From positions 1 to 29,291 of IMG/VR virus record IMGVR_UViG_3300009435_000038: a stretch of 29,291 bases of DNA. One strand, written 5' to 3'. Shown piece after piece: positions 10,029 to 19,354 of the stretch (the stretch's first letter is position 1; each line of letters begins with the position of its first letter). Made by a program: the position numbers and the translations under genes. The DNA comes from a virus (Duplodnaviria; Caudoviricetes). The notes beneath the pieces are model-generated. The model made no database searches. It was not told the origin of the DNA and was given only the letters and a program-made list of their open reading frames with translations.

Positions 10029-11645
10029 TTACACAAGATCAGATTTAGCAACGTTAACAAGACCGTAGAATTCTGGTCTAACCATCTTCTTCGCGTATCT
10101 TGTCATCACGCCTCTACGAGGTGTGAAGTTTGTTGGATCATAAACAACTGGTGTTAAGATCAACGGAACGTATGGAGCATACACAGCACCTGTTTCTAGG
10201 AACTGAGCGCCTCTAAATCCAGCAAGGATTTGATCGTCCTGTAGATATGGGTTCTTATAAACGTTAAAACGATTATTAAGAGCACCAATCTTCTGAACAC
10301 CCATTGCGTAGGTTTTAGAAGGATCACCATCTGCATCTGTAGCAAATCCAGGAATTGATTCGAGGATTGTAGCAACTTCAGGGCTTACGACAATGAAGTT
10401 TGCTCCACCACGAAGTGTCTTCTTGTGGATTGCATTAGATACTGACTGTATCTTGTTACCAAGAGTTTGGAACCATTCGCCTTTTGTATAAGCACTTGCA
10501 TTTGGCGCAGATGCTTCAAAAGCGGAACCATTCCAATCCATACCAACTTGAGCTGACCAGTATTCAGTCTTTGCAGAAGCATTAACTTTTAACATGTCAA
10601 TAATCTCAAGATCAACTTCCATTGTCACGTACTCAGACAACATAGATGTCAATTCAGCTTCAGCGTCAACAGCGTGATAAGCGTTAAGATCTTGAGCTAA
10701 CTCAGGAGTCCAAACAGCTTTTAACTTACGTGTTTTAGCAGTAATAGCAATTGAACGCATCTGTATGTCAACTTCTGGTATGCCAGCATTTGATTCTTCA
10801 GGATTAGATCCTTCAGCAGCAGATGCAGCTTCGAAGTCGCCACGTGTGATGTCGGTTGGTTGTTTGTGATATGCAATGTGTATATCACCACCTGATGCAC
10901 TAAGTGCAACAGCTGCATCAACAATAAGATGAATTTTATCAGTGCTTGCATCATAAGATGTAAAAGCAGGATAAAATGCTGTTAATGCATGTGTACCTGA
11001 TCCAGTGATTGCGAAAGCTTTAACACCTTCTAAATCTGGATTAGTTAACTGTGAGCCAGAGATTTCTATCTTGTTTAATCCCTCAGCAGCAGCTGAAGCA
11101 GAAAGATTTGGATCAAATCTTACATCTGCCATAGAAGCTGTTGTGGATGTATATCCGACAGTAGCACTAGCGTCATTGATTGAGTAACCCCATTTGCCGG
11201 CACCATAAAGGCCACCTGCTGGGTCACCAGAGCTAGATGTATCACCATAGATGTCTGCACCTTTGGTTTGTATAGCACCACTCTGTTGTGTTGAACCATA
11301 TTTGAAGTCTAAATAGAAAATTAGACCAGACGGTAGGTTCATAGGTTGCACAGAAACGAATTCCTGCGCGGATAGTTCAGCAAAAATTCTACGAACTAGA
11401 GGTAGAGCAACACCGCTCCACTGTTCTTGATTTGCTGAGGTTCCTACATTAGAAGCTTCATCGATTAACTGTTTTGCTTGGTTTTCCAAGAGTACAGCCA
11501 TACCGGAAGTTTCACTCTCATTTTTCATTCCTTCTAAAAGGCCTGTTGGTTCCCACTTAGAAACCAGTTTACGAGAGGAAGACAGAAGCTCATTATGAGG
11601 ATTATATCCACCCATTACGTCTTTTAATTGATCGTTATAAGACAC
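10029..11645 (-). CDS. gp23: Major capsid protein (T4 gp23-like)
   Basis: Motifs LLENQ, VSVQPMNLPSGLIFYLD, AKTRKLKAVWTPELAQDLNAYH, YAPYVPL and FTPRRGVMTRYA; GTG start with SD GGAG. Confidence 0.96.
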   Translation of the reverse strand: MSYNDQLKDVMGGYNPHNELLSSSRKLVSKWEPTGLLEGMKNESETSGMAVLLENQAKQLIDEASNVGTSANQEQWSGVALPLVRRIFAELSAQEFVSVQPMNLPSGLIFYLDFKYGSTQQSGAIQTKGADIYGDTSSSGDPAGGLYGAGKWGYSINDASATVGYTSTTASMADVRFDPNLSASAAAEGLNKIEISGSQLTNPDLEGVKAFAITGSGTHALTAFYPAFTSYDASTDKIHLIVDAAVALSASGGDIHIAYHKQPTDITRGDFEAASAAEGSNPEESNAGIPEVDIQMRSIAITAKTRKLKAVWTPELAQDLNAYHAVDAEAELTSMLSEYVTMEVDLEIIDMLKVNASAKTEYWSAQVGMDWNGSAFEASAPNASAYTKGEWFQTLGNKIQSVSNAIHKKTLRGGANFIVVSPEVATILESIPGFATDADGDPSKTYAMGVQKIGALNNRFNVYKNPYLQDDQILAGFRGAQFLETGAVYAPYVPLILTPVVYDPTNFTPRRGVMTRYAKKMVRPEFYGLVNVAKSDLV

Positions 11646-11657
11646 GATATTTCTCCG

Positions 11658-12749
11658 TTATATAATGTTAGCGAGTTTCTTCATACGGCTTTTAAAGTCC
11701 GTATTCTCACCGATGATTGGTTTCTTCTTTGGTTGAGTAGAAGCTGTTGGCTTAGATGCTTGACTAACACGTTTAGCAGATTCATTAACAGATTTACGTG
11801 AAATAGACTCAGCAAATGTAGTAAAAACAAGTTTAACTTCGCGAACATTAGCTGCTCTGTCAAACTGTTCAATTACTTTCATCTTTTGAGCTTCAGATAC
11901 GTTTCTGCTTCTGAATAGCTTGTTAGTGTAAAGAAGTTTAGCATTAAGTAGGTTAACTTCAGAAAGCTTATCTCTTAGATACTGTACAGTTTGCTTGTAC
12001 TCTTCGAGTTCGCTATCTTCGTCTTCCGTCTTATTTTCTTCAACTTCTTCGTCTTCATCTTCCATGTCTTCTTCTTCTTCTGTTAGAGCTTTAATGATTT
12101 CGTCAAGATCGAGTTCTTCGTCTTCGTCTTCCATCTTGTTTTCTTCAACTTCGTCATCTTTGTCAGCGTCTTTCATGTCTTCGTCTTCGTCGTCCATGTG
12201 AGCGCCTTCTTCGACTTCTTCGTCTTCATCATTCATTTCAGCTTCTAATTGACGTAGCACTTCTTCGACATCGTCGTCTTCATCGTCCATGTGTTCACCT
12301 TCGTCGACTGGATCTTCATCTTCGTCTTCCATGTGTTCACCTTCTTCGACTTCTTCGTCTTCGTCTTCCATGCCATAGTCTTCACCTAAAGGTTGATCAG
12401 CAGATTTTTCTAGATTTTCATCTTCATTTCCGCCTTCTTCATCAGCTCCTTCAGATTCAGGACCTTGTCCAACACCAGAAGTATCACCTGCTTTACCAGG
12501 TTCTTTATTATCACTAGCTCCAATATCAGAAGAAACGTCGTTTTCCTCAATTTCTTCTTCATCTTCGCCATGATAACCTTCATCGGCTTTTTCCTCATCT
12601 TCGCCTTCCATTTCAGCTTGTAGCTTCTTAGAAAGCATTGATTTCAGATGTGGGGTAAAGGCCTCTTCGAGGGCTATCTTAGCATTTGCTAATGCGGTTT
12701 CGCGCACGGCTTTAGCGTCAGCAATTGCTTCTTTTAATAGTTTATCCAT
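11658..12749 (-). CDS. Prohead core/scaffold protein (T4 gp22-like position)
   Basis: Immediately upstream of the MCP; helical N-terminus (LLKEAIADAKAVRETALANAK), very acidic centre, coiled-coil C-terminus (LSEVNLLNAKLLY...RMKKLANI). Confidence 0.8.
   Translation of the reverse strand: MDKLLKEAIADAKAVRETALANAKIALEEAFTPHLKSMLSKKLQAEMEGEDEEKADEGYHGEDEEEIEENDVSSDIGASDNKEPGKAGDTSGVGQGPESEGADEEGGNEDENLEKSADQPLGEDYGMEDEDEEVEEGEHMEDEDEDPVDEGEHMDDEDDDVEEVLRQLEAEMNDEDEEVEEGAHMDDEDEDMKDADKDDEVEENKMEDEDEELDLDEIIKALTEEEEDMEDEDEEVEENKTEDEDSELEEYKQTVQYLRDKLSEVNLLNAKLLYTNKLFRSRNVSEAQKMKVIEQFDRAANVREVKLVFTTFAESISRKSVNESAKRVSQASKPTASTQPKKKPIIGENTDFKSRMKKLANII
12000..12375 (-). repeat. Acidic degenerate tandem repeats in the scaffold
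   Basis: Recurrent tcttcgtcttc units encoding EDEDEEVEEGEHM, VDEGEHM, VEEGAHM and EVEENK x2. Confidence 0.8.
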
Positions 12750-12868
12750 TTGGATTCTCCCTTAAAGAGATTATATAGTTATTATGAACTATAATCAGAA
12801 TTGATTATTTAGGAACACCTAACAAATGTAGGTGCATTTTATTTTTATATAAGTATGGTATAATATAT
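12750..12868 (-). promoter_or_regulatory. Candidate promoter plus structured 5' leader of the scaffold-MCP transcript
   Basis: Motif variant ATACTTAT (12849-12856); inverted repeats at 12816-12834, 12791-12808 and 12769-12796; SD AAGGGAG at 12757-12763. Confidence 0.5.
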
Positions 12869-13066
12869 TTAAAGTTCAGCTTTTTTTGATCTTATTTGAG
12901 CCCTTAATCTACCTTTTGCTCTTCTATCTCTTTTTATAGCTGAGGGTTTTACATAAAATTGTCGCTGTTGCAACTCATGCAGTATGCCTGCTTCTTTTAC
13001 TTTTTTCTTAAATTTTCTTAATGCAAATTCGTATTTGTTATTTATAACCTTAACTTTTATTGACAT
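12869..13066 (-). CDS. rpsU: Phage-encoded 30S ribosomal protein bS21
   Basis: 65 aa and highly basic, with the bS21 signature ALRKFKKKV..AGIL.EL..RQFY.KPS..KR; strong SD AGAGGT (13071-13076). Confidence 0.93.
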   Translation of the reverse strand: MSIKVKVINNKYEFALRKFKKKVKEAGILHELQQRQFYVKPSAIKRDRRAKGRLRAQIRSKKAEL

Positions 13067-13075
13067 GTTTACCTC

Positions 13076-13549
13076 TTATTCTTCTTCATTTAGTTCTTTT
13101 ATATCAAAGTATCTATTAAGTATGCCACCCATATCTTCATATAAAGCAGCCATTCTATCTTGAAGAGCTTGTGCTTCTGATGCTATTTTATTAAATTGGG
13201 TAGCTTGCTTCTTTAGTTCATTCATATTTCTTTTTACAGTGACTCCATCAAACCAGTCTTGTGTTTCATCAACAACATGTTTTTGAGCAGATTCTGCGAT
13301 TTCAACAAAAGTCTTTGCTACATCTGCTAAATTATGCTTTTTGTATATTGAAGGGCCATAAGTACCAAACTCATTTACTGTTTGTACCAATGCTTCTTTT
13401 GTCATTAGTTTTTTGTCACCTTCTTTGGCAACTAATTCTTTTGCTATTTTTAATAAATCTGTGGATTTTTCTTCACCAAAAATATTATTTAGTGGCTTTA
13501 CTGTTACAACTCCACCAATAGCTTCTTCTAATATATCTTTCATCTTCAC
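13076..13549 (-). CDS. Hypothetical helical protein, probably head-associated
   Basis: Lies between the protease and bS21; coiled-coil-like; motifs DWFD..TVKRNM and YEDMGGILNRYF; SD AGGAG. Confidence 0.75.
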   Translation of the reverse strand: MKMKDILEEAIGGVVTVKPLNNIFGEEKSTDLLKIAKELVAKEGDKKLMTKEALVQTVNEFGTYGPSIYKKHNLADVAKTFVEIAESAQKHVVDETQDWFDGVTVKRNMNELKKQATQFNKIASEAQALQDRMAALYEDMGGILNRYFDIKELNEEE

Positions 13550-13551
13550 TG

Positions 13552-14148
13552 TTATTCTCCTGATAGGATGTTAAATACTGCTTTTTCAACACCTTTCCAC
13601 TTATCACTCTTAATGCTATTATCAACTGATTCATTGACTGGCCTTAAGAAGGCACCGTGTGTTGAAGGATTAGAAACAAAATCAAAGCCTATTAGTTCAA
13701 AATCATCTTGAACTTCATCTCCAACAGATTCTTGTTTTATAGAGCCTAAACCTCTAGAGCTTATGCCTAGTTTAATCCCGCCTTTAAATAATTCTCTTAA
13801 AATATTTCCAGCAGGTGTTGACAATACTTCGACTGTACCTACTAAATCATTGCCGTTCCAATGCATCTCTAATACATTATGTGAAACGTTTTGTAAATTT
13901 ATAACAGAGCTATCAGGATGATCTAGTTCTCCCATTGCTCTTCTTTCTTTTATAAAATTGTCTGTGTATTTGTTTGCTTCACGCATTAACACTTCTTTTG
14001 GATAAACTCGTCCATTCTGATTTCTTGCTTCTGCTCTTTGCAGTACACCTTTAACAATAAGTTTTCCACCATTTGTGCTAATAGCTTCGTTTACTTTGTC
14101 TGGTGTTACTTCAAATGGGATAACATCAACTAATAAAGATTTGTCCAT
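13552..14148 (-). CDS. gp21: Prohead core protein protease (T4 gp21-like)
   Basis: Motifs NQNGRVYP, AMGELDHP, VSH, GISSRGLGS and DFVSNPSTHGA. Confidence 0.95.
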   Translation of the reverse strand: MDKSLLVDVIPFEVTPDKVNEAISTNGGKLIVKGVLQRAEARNQNGRVYPKEVLMREANKYTDNFIKERRAMGELDHPDSSVINLQNVSHNVLEMHWNGNDLVGTVEVLSTPAGNILRELFKGGIKLGISSRGLGSIKQESVGDEVQDDFELIGFDFVSNPSTHGAFLRPVNESVDNSIKSDKWKGVEKAVFNILSGE

Positions 14149-14582
14149 TATACTAAGTCCTTTACTTTATGAGAAAGTCTTACAAGCTTTTCTGAAATTT
14201 TACTGAGTGCTATCTTTGTTCTTTTCATATAACTAGCTGATTCGAATCTCATTTCGTTTTTAAGTTTTACATTATACTTTACTAGTTTTTCTATTTCGGT
14301 CATCCTATTACGAATTTCAGTCATAGACTTAGCTAGTTTTTGTTTTGTTGACATAGACTCATCATTTCTAAAATGCCAATAATTTTCTTTTACAACACTC
14401 ATACCTTTTGATAACTTTAGTTCATCTTCATCTTTTTCATCATCTTTAGGATCTCTAAACGCATAAGGAGTTTTTGGTGGACCTTCGCCTCCGTCTATAC
14501 CGCCAGTAGCGCTCATTTCTTTTAACTCTTTCCTAATGAGTGCTTTTAAGAATTCTACTAATTTCTTATTTTTTAACGACAT
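14148..14582 (-). CDS. Hypothetical protein, probable prohead/internal protein
   Basis: Overlaps both neighbours; LKE-MSATGG...KTPYAF motif followed by a basic coiled coil. Confidence 0.75.
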   Translation of the reverse strand: MSLKNKKLVEFLKALIRKELKEMSATGGIDGGEGPPKTPYAFRDPKDDEKDEDELKLSKGMSVVKENYWHFRNDESMSTKQKLAKSMTEIRNRMTEIEKLVKYNVKLKNEMRFESASYMKRTKIALSKISEKLVRLSHKVKDLV

Positions 14583-15405
14583 TTTTTATCTCTGAAACTA
14601 GTTGATAAAATCTCATCAGCTTTAGTACATGTGATGTTTTTGGTTTTGCAATTTTTGTTTCGTTAACAAGCTTAACACACTCTTTAATTTTTATCTTAAC
14701 AACTTTGTTATCAATTGAACCATAGTACTTCTTTAGTTCAAATAAGACGTTTTTAAATTGTGACTCTAAAAATGTTTTTAGTGTGCTAGTGCTAGATACA
14801 CTGTTGATATATTCTCTAAGAACTTTTTTCTGTTGACCAGATAAAGTATTATACTTCTTATTAAATTTTTCAACTAGTATTTGATAAGCTAACAGCCTTA
14901 AATCTTTATTTTGCTTTTTTAACTCCAAAAGTGTTTGATCTTCTTTTTCTTTTTTAACAGAAGAGATATTTTCTATTATTGTATAATAACTTTTTGAAGA
15001 TTTTTTTGGATCTGAATAGTCTTCTGTAAGGACATTGTATATAGATGCCAATATCTTATAGTTTGGTATTCTGACTTTAAAAAATGAATCCATATCAAAA
15101 CTTTCTTTAATTGTTTTGATAAGTTTATATTTTTCTTTTCTTAACTTTGCTTGATTTATTGTCTTATTATATGACTTAATCGTTGTCTCTATGAGATGCT
15201 TTGCATGTTCAGAATTTTTAATTTTTGTTTGCTGTAAAACATTAAAAATCTTAGCTTCTTTAAATAGCTCCGTATCTTTCTTAAAGTATTGTTTTACAAT
15301 TTTTGTAGATGGTGAGGATGTTGATCCGTTTAACGCATCTGATGTTATTTGTCGTGTTAACAACTCGAATAACAAGCCGCCATTTTTGAATTTTGAGTGT
15401 TTCAT
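14566..15405 (-). CDS. Hypothetical basic helical protein downstream of the portal
   Basis: 279-aa Lys-rich ORF (KHSKFKNGGLLFELLTRQITSD; EKFNKKYNTL..QKKVLREYI) preceded by the ATATTTAT motif. Confidence 0.8.
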   Translation of the reverse strand: MKHSKFKNGGLLFELLTRQITSDALNGSTSSPSTKIVKQYFKKDTELFKEAKIFNVLQQTKIKNSEHAKHLIETTIKSYNKTINQAKLRKEKYKLIKTIKESFDMDSFFKVRIPNYKILASIYNVLTEDYSDPKKSSKSYYTIIENISSVKKEKEDQTLLELKKQNKDLRLLAYQILVEKFNKKYNTLSGQQKKVLREYINSVSSTSTLKTFLESQFKNVLFELKKYYGSIDNKVVKIKIKECVKLVNETKIAKPKTSHVLKLMRFYQLVSEIKNVVKK

Positions 15406-15440
15406 ATATGCCCTTAGCTAAGTCTCTTATGAATTCATTA

Positions 15441-15448
15441 ATAAATAT
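15441..15448 (-). promoter_or_regulatory. Candidate late-promoter core (sense ATATTTAT)
   Basis: Intergenic, ~36 nt upstream of ATG 15405, a spacing similar to the copy at 3875. Confidence 0.5.
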
Positions 15449-15455
15449 AAGAAAA

Positions 15456-17249
15456 CTAAATTTTCTTCTTAGTTCCGTTAAGTTCTTCGTCAATCTCAGA
15501 TACTTCTTTTAATAATTCTGTTTCTTTTTTGGCAAAACTACTCTTCATTGCATCAAAATGAGCCAGTGCTAGCGGACTTTTTCTAAATTTATGTGTTGTA
15601 GGATTGTCATCTCTTTGTGAAGAGTGTAAATAATCGTGCTTTCCAAGTGCATCTCTAACACCGTATGTGTCTCTATCCTCTGTATCTCTTTTTGAATCTT
15701 CGTCTTCCATACCTTTATCTTCTTCAGAGTTATTCGGTTCACTATTTTTCATTTGTCCTTCTTCTGCTTCTTTTGCAGGGTCTACACCTTCATTTTCTAT
15801 AGTTTGAAGCCTGTATGCTTGTTTTTTATCATCAACAACTTGATTTTTTACTTTTTGTATATCTTTATTACTAAAATTTAAGATATTATCATAAATCCAC
15901 TGTTGTGATATTAAACCTTCTCTCTTCATTGCTTCTGCGATATTATTTTTTCTTTCCCATAAATCTAATCTTTCTTGTTCGTATATTGTTGATGGGTTTG
16001 TCAACTCTAAATCAAAATCAACTAGTGCAGAGTCAGTATAGCCTTGTGAATATAAATGAACAACTGCTACTTTTGTTAATTCACTTAAAACTATTCTCTG
16101 TATTCTTTCAATTGTTCTTGCAAATCTTACATCTTCTGCTGCTAGTGTCGCTTTAGATCCGACATTTTCTTCAAAACCTAAGAATGCTTTTGGTATCTTT
16201 AGTGCTGATAGCATTTTATTTTTAAGATATTCTATATCCTCTACTGCTTCATATGTTAAACCTGGTAGTGATTCTATTTGTGTACCACTATCTCCACCAC
16301 GAACCGGCAAGTAAAAGTCTTCTGTTAAATTTTGCATGTTATATTTTAAATTATAGTCTCCAGTATCTTCATTTATCACAGGAGCTTTTTTCATTTTATC
16401 AATAATGCGCTTCATGTAAGTATCAACTTCATTTGGAGGTAAATTTCCAATATCAATTTTAAATACTCTTTTTTCTGGTGCCCTCATAATTCTATGAATT
16501 AGCATAGCATCTTCCATTAGACTTAATTGTTTCCAAACTCTGCGACCACCTTCAATCATAGACTTTCCATAAGGTATGTAATTAGAGTCTGATAGCAACC
16601 TAAAGTGTGCTACTTGGAAATTTTGTAATTCTTGATTTGATGCGTTTTGTGGTTGATTTCTAGGATCTGTTGCATCTAATACAAATTTTACATCAAAAGG
16701 ATTTTCAGGATCAAAGTCTTCTATACGAGATACATCGTAAGTAGATAGCGGCGATACATTTATAATACCATAACCTTCTTTAATATCTAAATTTAAAAAG
16801 AAGTCACCATACTTACACATATTTCTAATCCACGGCCATAGATTAAATTCTATATTTAATATGTCATAAAATAGATTATGTAGTATTTCATGTATTTGTG
16901 GGTTATTTGCTTTTATTTCTAAAACATTACCATACTCTGATTTCATTGTTGATTCATCAGCATAAACATCTAACGCAGAAGATATAATTGGATCATCATC
17001 CATTGCCTCATAGTCTCTAAAAAGAGATATACGTTTTGCTTTTGCCAATTCTCCACTGTAACCATGCATTGATCCTATGCCCCTTTGGCCAGAGTATAAC
17101 CTTTGGTATCTATCCATAAGCGTTCTGGAGCCTTGCTGTATGTCATCAGTATCAACTACTTTTAGTTTTTTACCTCCAACATTACGAACAATAACGCCTG
17201 TTGAAAATAAGCGTTGTATTCTATCAAAAAATGTATCTTGTTTTGCCAT
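15456..17249 (-). CDS. gp20: Portal protein (T4 gp20-like)
   Basis: Motifs MEDAMLIHRIMRAPEKRVFKIDIGNLP, EDFYLPVRGG..GTQIESLPG and EDVRFARTIERIQ; follows the terminase. Confidence 0.96.
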   Translation of the reverse strand: MAKQDTFFDRIQRLFSTGVIVRNVGGKKLKVVDTDDIQQGSRTLMDRYQRLYSGQRGIGSMHGYSGELAKAKRISLFRDYEAMDDDPIISSALDVYADESTMKSEYGNVLEIKANNPQIHEILHNLFYDILNIEFNLWPWIRNMCKYGDFFLNLDIKEGYGIINVSPLSTYDVSRIEDFDPENPFDVKFVLDATDPRNQPQNASNQELQNFQVAHFRLLSDSNYIPYGKSMIEGGRRVWKQLSLMEDAMLIHRIMRAPEKRVFKIDIGNLPPNEVDTYMKRIIDKMKKAPVINEDTGDYNLKYNMQNLTEDFYLPVRGGDSGTQIESLPGLTYEAVEDIEYLKNKMLSALKIPKAFLGFEENVGSKATLAAEDVRFARTIERIQRIVLSELTKVAVVHLYSQGYTDSALVDFDLELTNPSTIYEQERLDLWERKNNIAEAMKREGLISQQWIYDNILNFSNKDIQKVKNQVVDDKKQAYRLQTIENEGVDPAKEAEEGQMKNSEPNNSEEDKGMEDEDSKRDTEDRDTYGVRDALGKHDYLHSSQRDDNPTTHKFRKSPLALAHFDAMKSSFAKKETELLKEVSEIDEELNGTKKKI

Positions 17250-17250
17250 T

Positions 17251-18831
17251 CTATATTAACCAAGTTAGTGATTCTTTTTTGCCGGCCACATTTTGTTTCC
17301 AGCCGTAGTCGTCTTCTGCCTCAGCAGTAAAAACACCAGAGCTTGCTCCCATTTTGTTCATTGTTTCTTTTGTTATCTTCATGTTTTCATCATGAAGACG
17401 TAAACTAGTGTCTCTAACCCAGAGACATATTGCCATACTCATGACCAAGTCATCGTTATAGCCCTTAAAAGCTTCAGCTTTCCCATTATTAAATATAAAA
17501 ACATATAATTCATCGATCAGTCTAATTGAATTTATTTTTACTTGCTTCTCTCTAATAAATTGTGATAATTTTTCTATAATAAGAGGTCTAGTTTTCATAG
17601 TTGTTGAAAATCCAGGTATTTGATTTCTATCCTCTCTTCTGTATTTGTTTGTATATTGTGTTTTTGTGTCAACATACTTTAAGTCTCTTTTCATCCAGAA
17701 AAGATTTCTATATTCTCTATCTAATAATACTTGTAAAACTGCCCAGCCTATATTGTTGTTCTCTACAACTAAAACAGCATCATTATATTCTGTAGCTATT
17801 GCTGCTAATATTCCTGCGTATCGCGTTGTGTCTACTTTTGCTTTAAATTCTGCGACTTGTTCTAAACTTTCTACATCTAAGATATGAAATGCTGAGTAGT
17901 CTCCTCCGTCGCCACGTGCTACATCAGCACCTATTAAATATCGTTTATTTGGTTCTGGATGTTTCCATATCCACATTCCATCATTATATCTTTTTTCTAT
18001 CGGTTCACAGATAAAAGTATCTTGATATTCTTTAATAATTTTTGCAGGTATAACTGATTGTCCTGAGCTTATGAAATCACAGTCGCATTCTTGCGCGGCC
18101 ATATCCGGACCTAATAAAGAATTTTGATCATCTCTCCATTTTTGGTCTCTTTCAGGGTGCACTGTCCAATGTAATTTTATAAAATTAAAATTATTTGTCC
18201 CTTCTTCTGCACCTGTCCATGTTTGATGGAACCAGTTTCCCATTCCATTTGGTGTAGAAAGTGCAATACATTTACCACCAGTAGCAAGAGTCTGTTGAGA
18301 TGCACCCCATATTTCATCTATATTCGCAATAAATGCAGCTTCATCCATAACCAATAAAGACAACGCTTCAGAACGACCTGCATCTGCTGTAGATGATATT
18401 GCTTTTATTTGTGATCCGTTCCTATATCTTAAAGATAATTTATTATCCTCAACACAGCCTTGTTTTAACCAGTCGGGTGCAAGTTTATGCATTACTCTAA
18501 CTTTAGTTACTAAGTTTTTAGCAACCTCTTGCTTTGTTGCAATTACCAATATATTTTTATCATTATGAAAGTTCATCAACCATAAAGAATAACCTGCAGT
18601 TAGTGTTGATATGCCTAGCTGTCTTGCTTTTAATATGACATTATAATCATTGTCTTTTAAATCTTTTAATGTTTTTTCTTGAAATGGGTATAAATCAAAT
18701 TTAATCTTACCCTTTACAGGATGCTGTATAAAACAATACTCACGCATAAAGTATATTGGATCTAGAGCACACTTTACGTACTCTTCTCTAAAATATTCTT
18801 TTATTTGTTTATTGGTTAAGTCTTTCTGCAT
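17251..18831 (-). CDS. terL: Terminase large subunit (T4 gp17-like)
   Basis: LYPFQ adenine-binding motif, Walker A KARQLGIST, Walker B LLVMDEAAF, STPNG coupling motif, and nuclease motifs ADVARGDGGDYS and NDDLVMS. Confidence 0.97.
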   Translation of the reverse strand: MQKDLTNKQIKEYFREEYVKCALDPIYFMREYCFIQHPVKGKIKFDLYPFQEKTLKDLKDNDYNVILKARQLGISTLTAGYSLWLMNFHNDKNILVIATKQEVAKNLVTKVRVMHKLAPDWLKQGCVEDNKLSLRYRNGSQIKAISSTADAGRSEALSLLVMDEAAFIANIDEIWGASQQTLATGGKCIALSTPNGMGNWFHQTWTGAEEGTNNFNFIKLHWTVHPERDQKWRDDQNSLLGPDMAAQECDCDFISSGQSVIPAKIIKEYQDTFICEPIEKRYNDGMWIWKHPEPNKRYLIGADVARGDGGDYSAFHILDVESLEQVAEFKAKVDTTRYAGILAAIATEYNDAVLVVENNNIGWAVLQVLLDREYRNLFWMKRDLKYVDTKTQYTNKYRREDRNQIPGFSTTMKTRPLIIEKLSQFIREKQVKINSIRLIDELYVFIFNNGKAEAFKGYNDDLVMSMAICLWVRDTSLRLHDENMKITKETMNKMGASSGVFTAEAEDDYGWKQNVAGKKESLTWLI

Positions 18832-19351
18832 CTTCTATTTCTTTAAGTCTACTTTCAAATTCACTTAATTTTTGTTCCAATAAAACAACTGCATCTTCTG
18901 CATCTTTAATCATTGAAGGTGTTAATTCATTTTTTTCAATATGTACAAATCCTGTATCTACATTCACTGGTTCTACATTATCAAATGATGTATTTGCTTT
19001 CCATTCATTTATTTGTACTATTTGATCTTTAATCATATCAACTTTACTTGTTACAATTTTCTTTTCAGCAAACTCTTCAAACGTTCCGTTCATTCTCATA
19101 TTATGTTCTTCTTCAACTTGACATTCTAAACAGTGTCCAAAATACATCCACATTTTATTGTCTGCTTGCTTTTTCATAATCTTTTTACATTTAGGACAAA
19201 ACCACGGCATTCTAGCATCAGCCATTATTTCTGAAAGCCTGCTTACTTTATCACCTGATTTTTCTTTTTTGCTTTCATAACCCACCATTACACGTTTTTC
19301 AGGTGTTCTACCGTTTAATAAATCTTTTAAATATCTATCTTCACTATTCAT
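18809..19351 (-). CDS. Hypothetical protein with CxxC-x17-HCxxC putative zinc finger
   Basis: FCPKC...GHCLEC; overlaps the terL start by 23 nt; SD-like AGGTAGGT. Confidence 0.8.
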   Translation of the reverse strand: MNSEDRYLKDLLNGRTPEKRVMVGYESKKEKSGDKVSRLSEIMADARMPWFCPKCKKIMKKQADNKMWMYFGHCLECQVEEEHNMRMNGTFEEFAEKKIVTSKVDMIKDQIVQINEWKANTSFDNVEPVNVDTGFVHIEKNELTPSMIKDAEDAVVLLEQKLSEFESRLKEIEDAERLNQ

Positions 19352-19354
19352 AAC

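Noticed and set aside
1-12375. CRISPR-like or non-coding repeat arrays
   Set aside because: The repeats (1-1094, 12000-12375) have codon periodicity, lie in coding frames and have no unique spacers.
10029-18831. Inteins, introns or homing endonucleases in terL, portal or MCP
   Set aside because: The ORFs are uninterrupted and of ordinary length, with no intein termini or LAGLIDADG/HNH motifs noticed.
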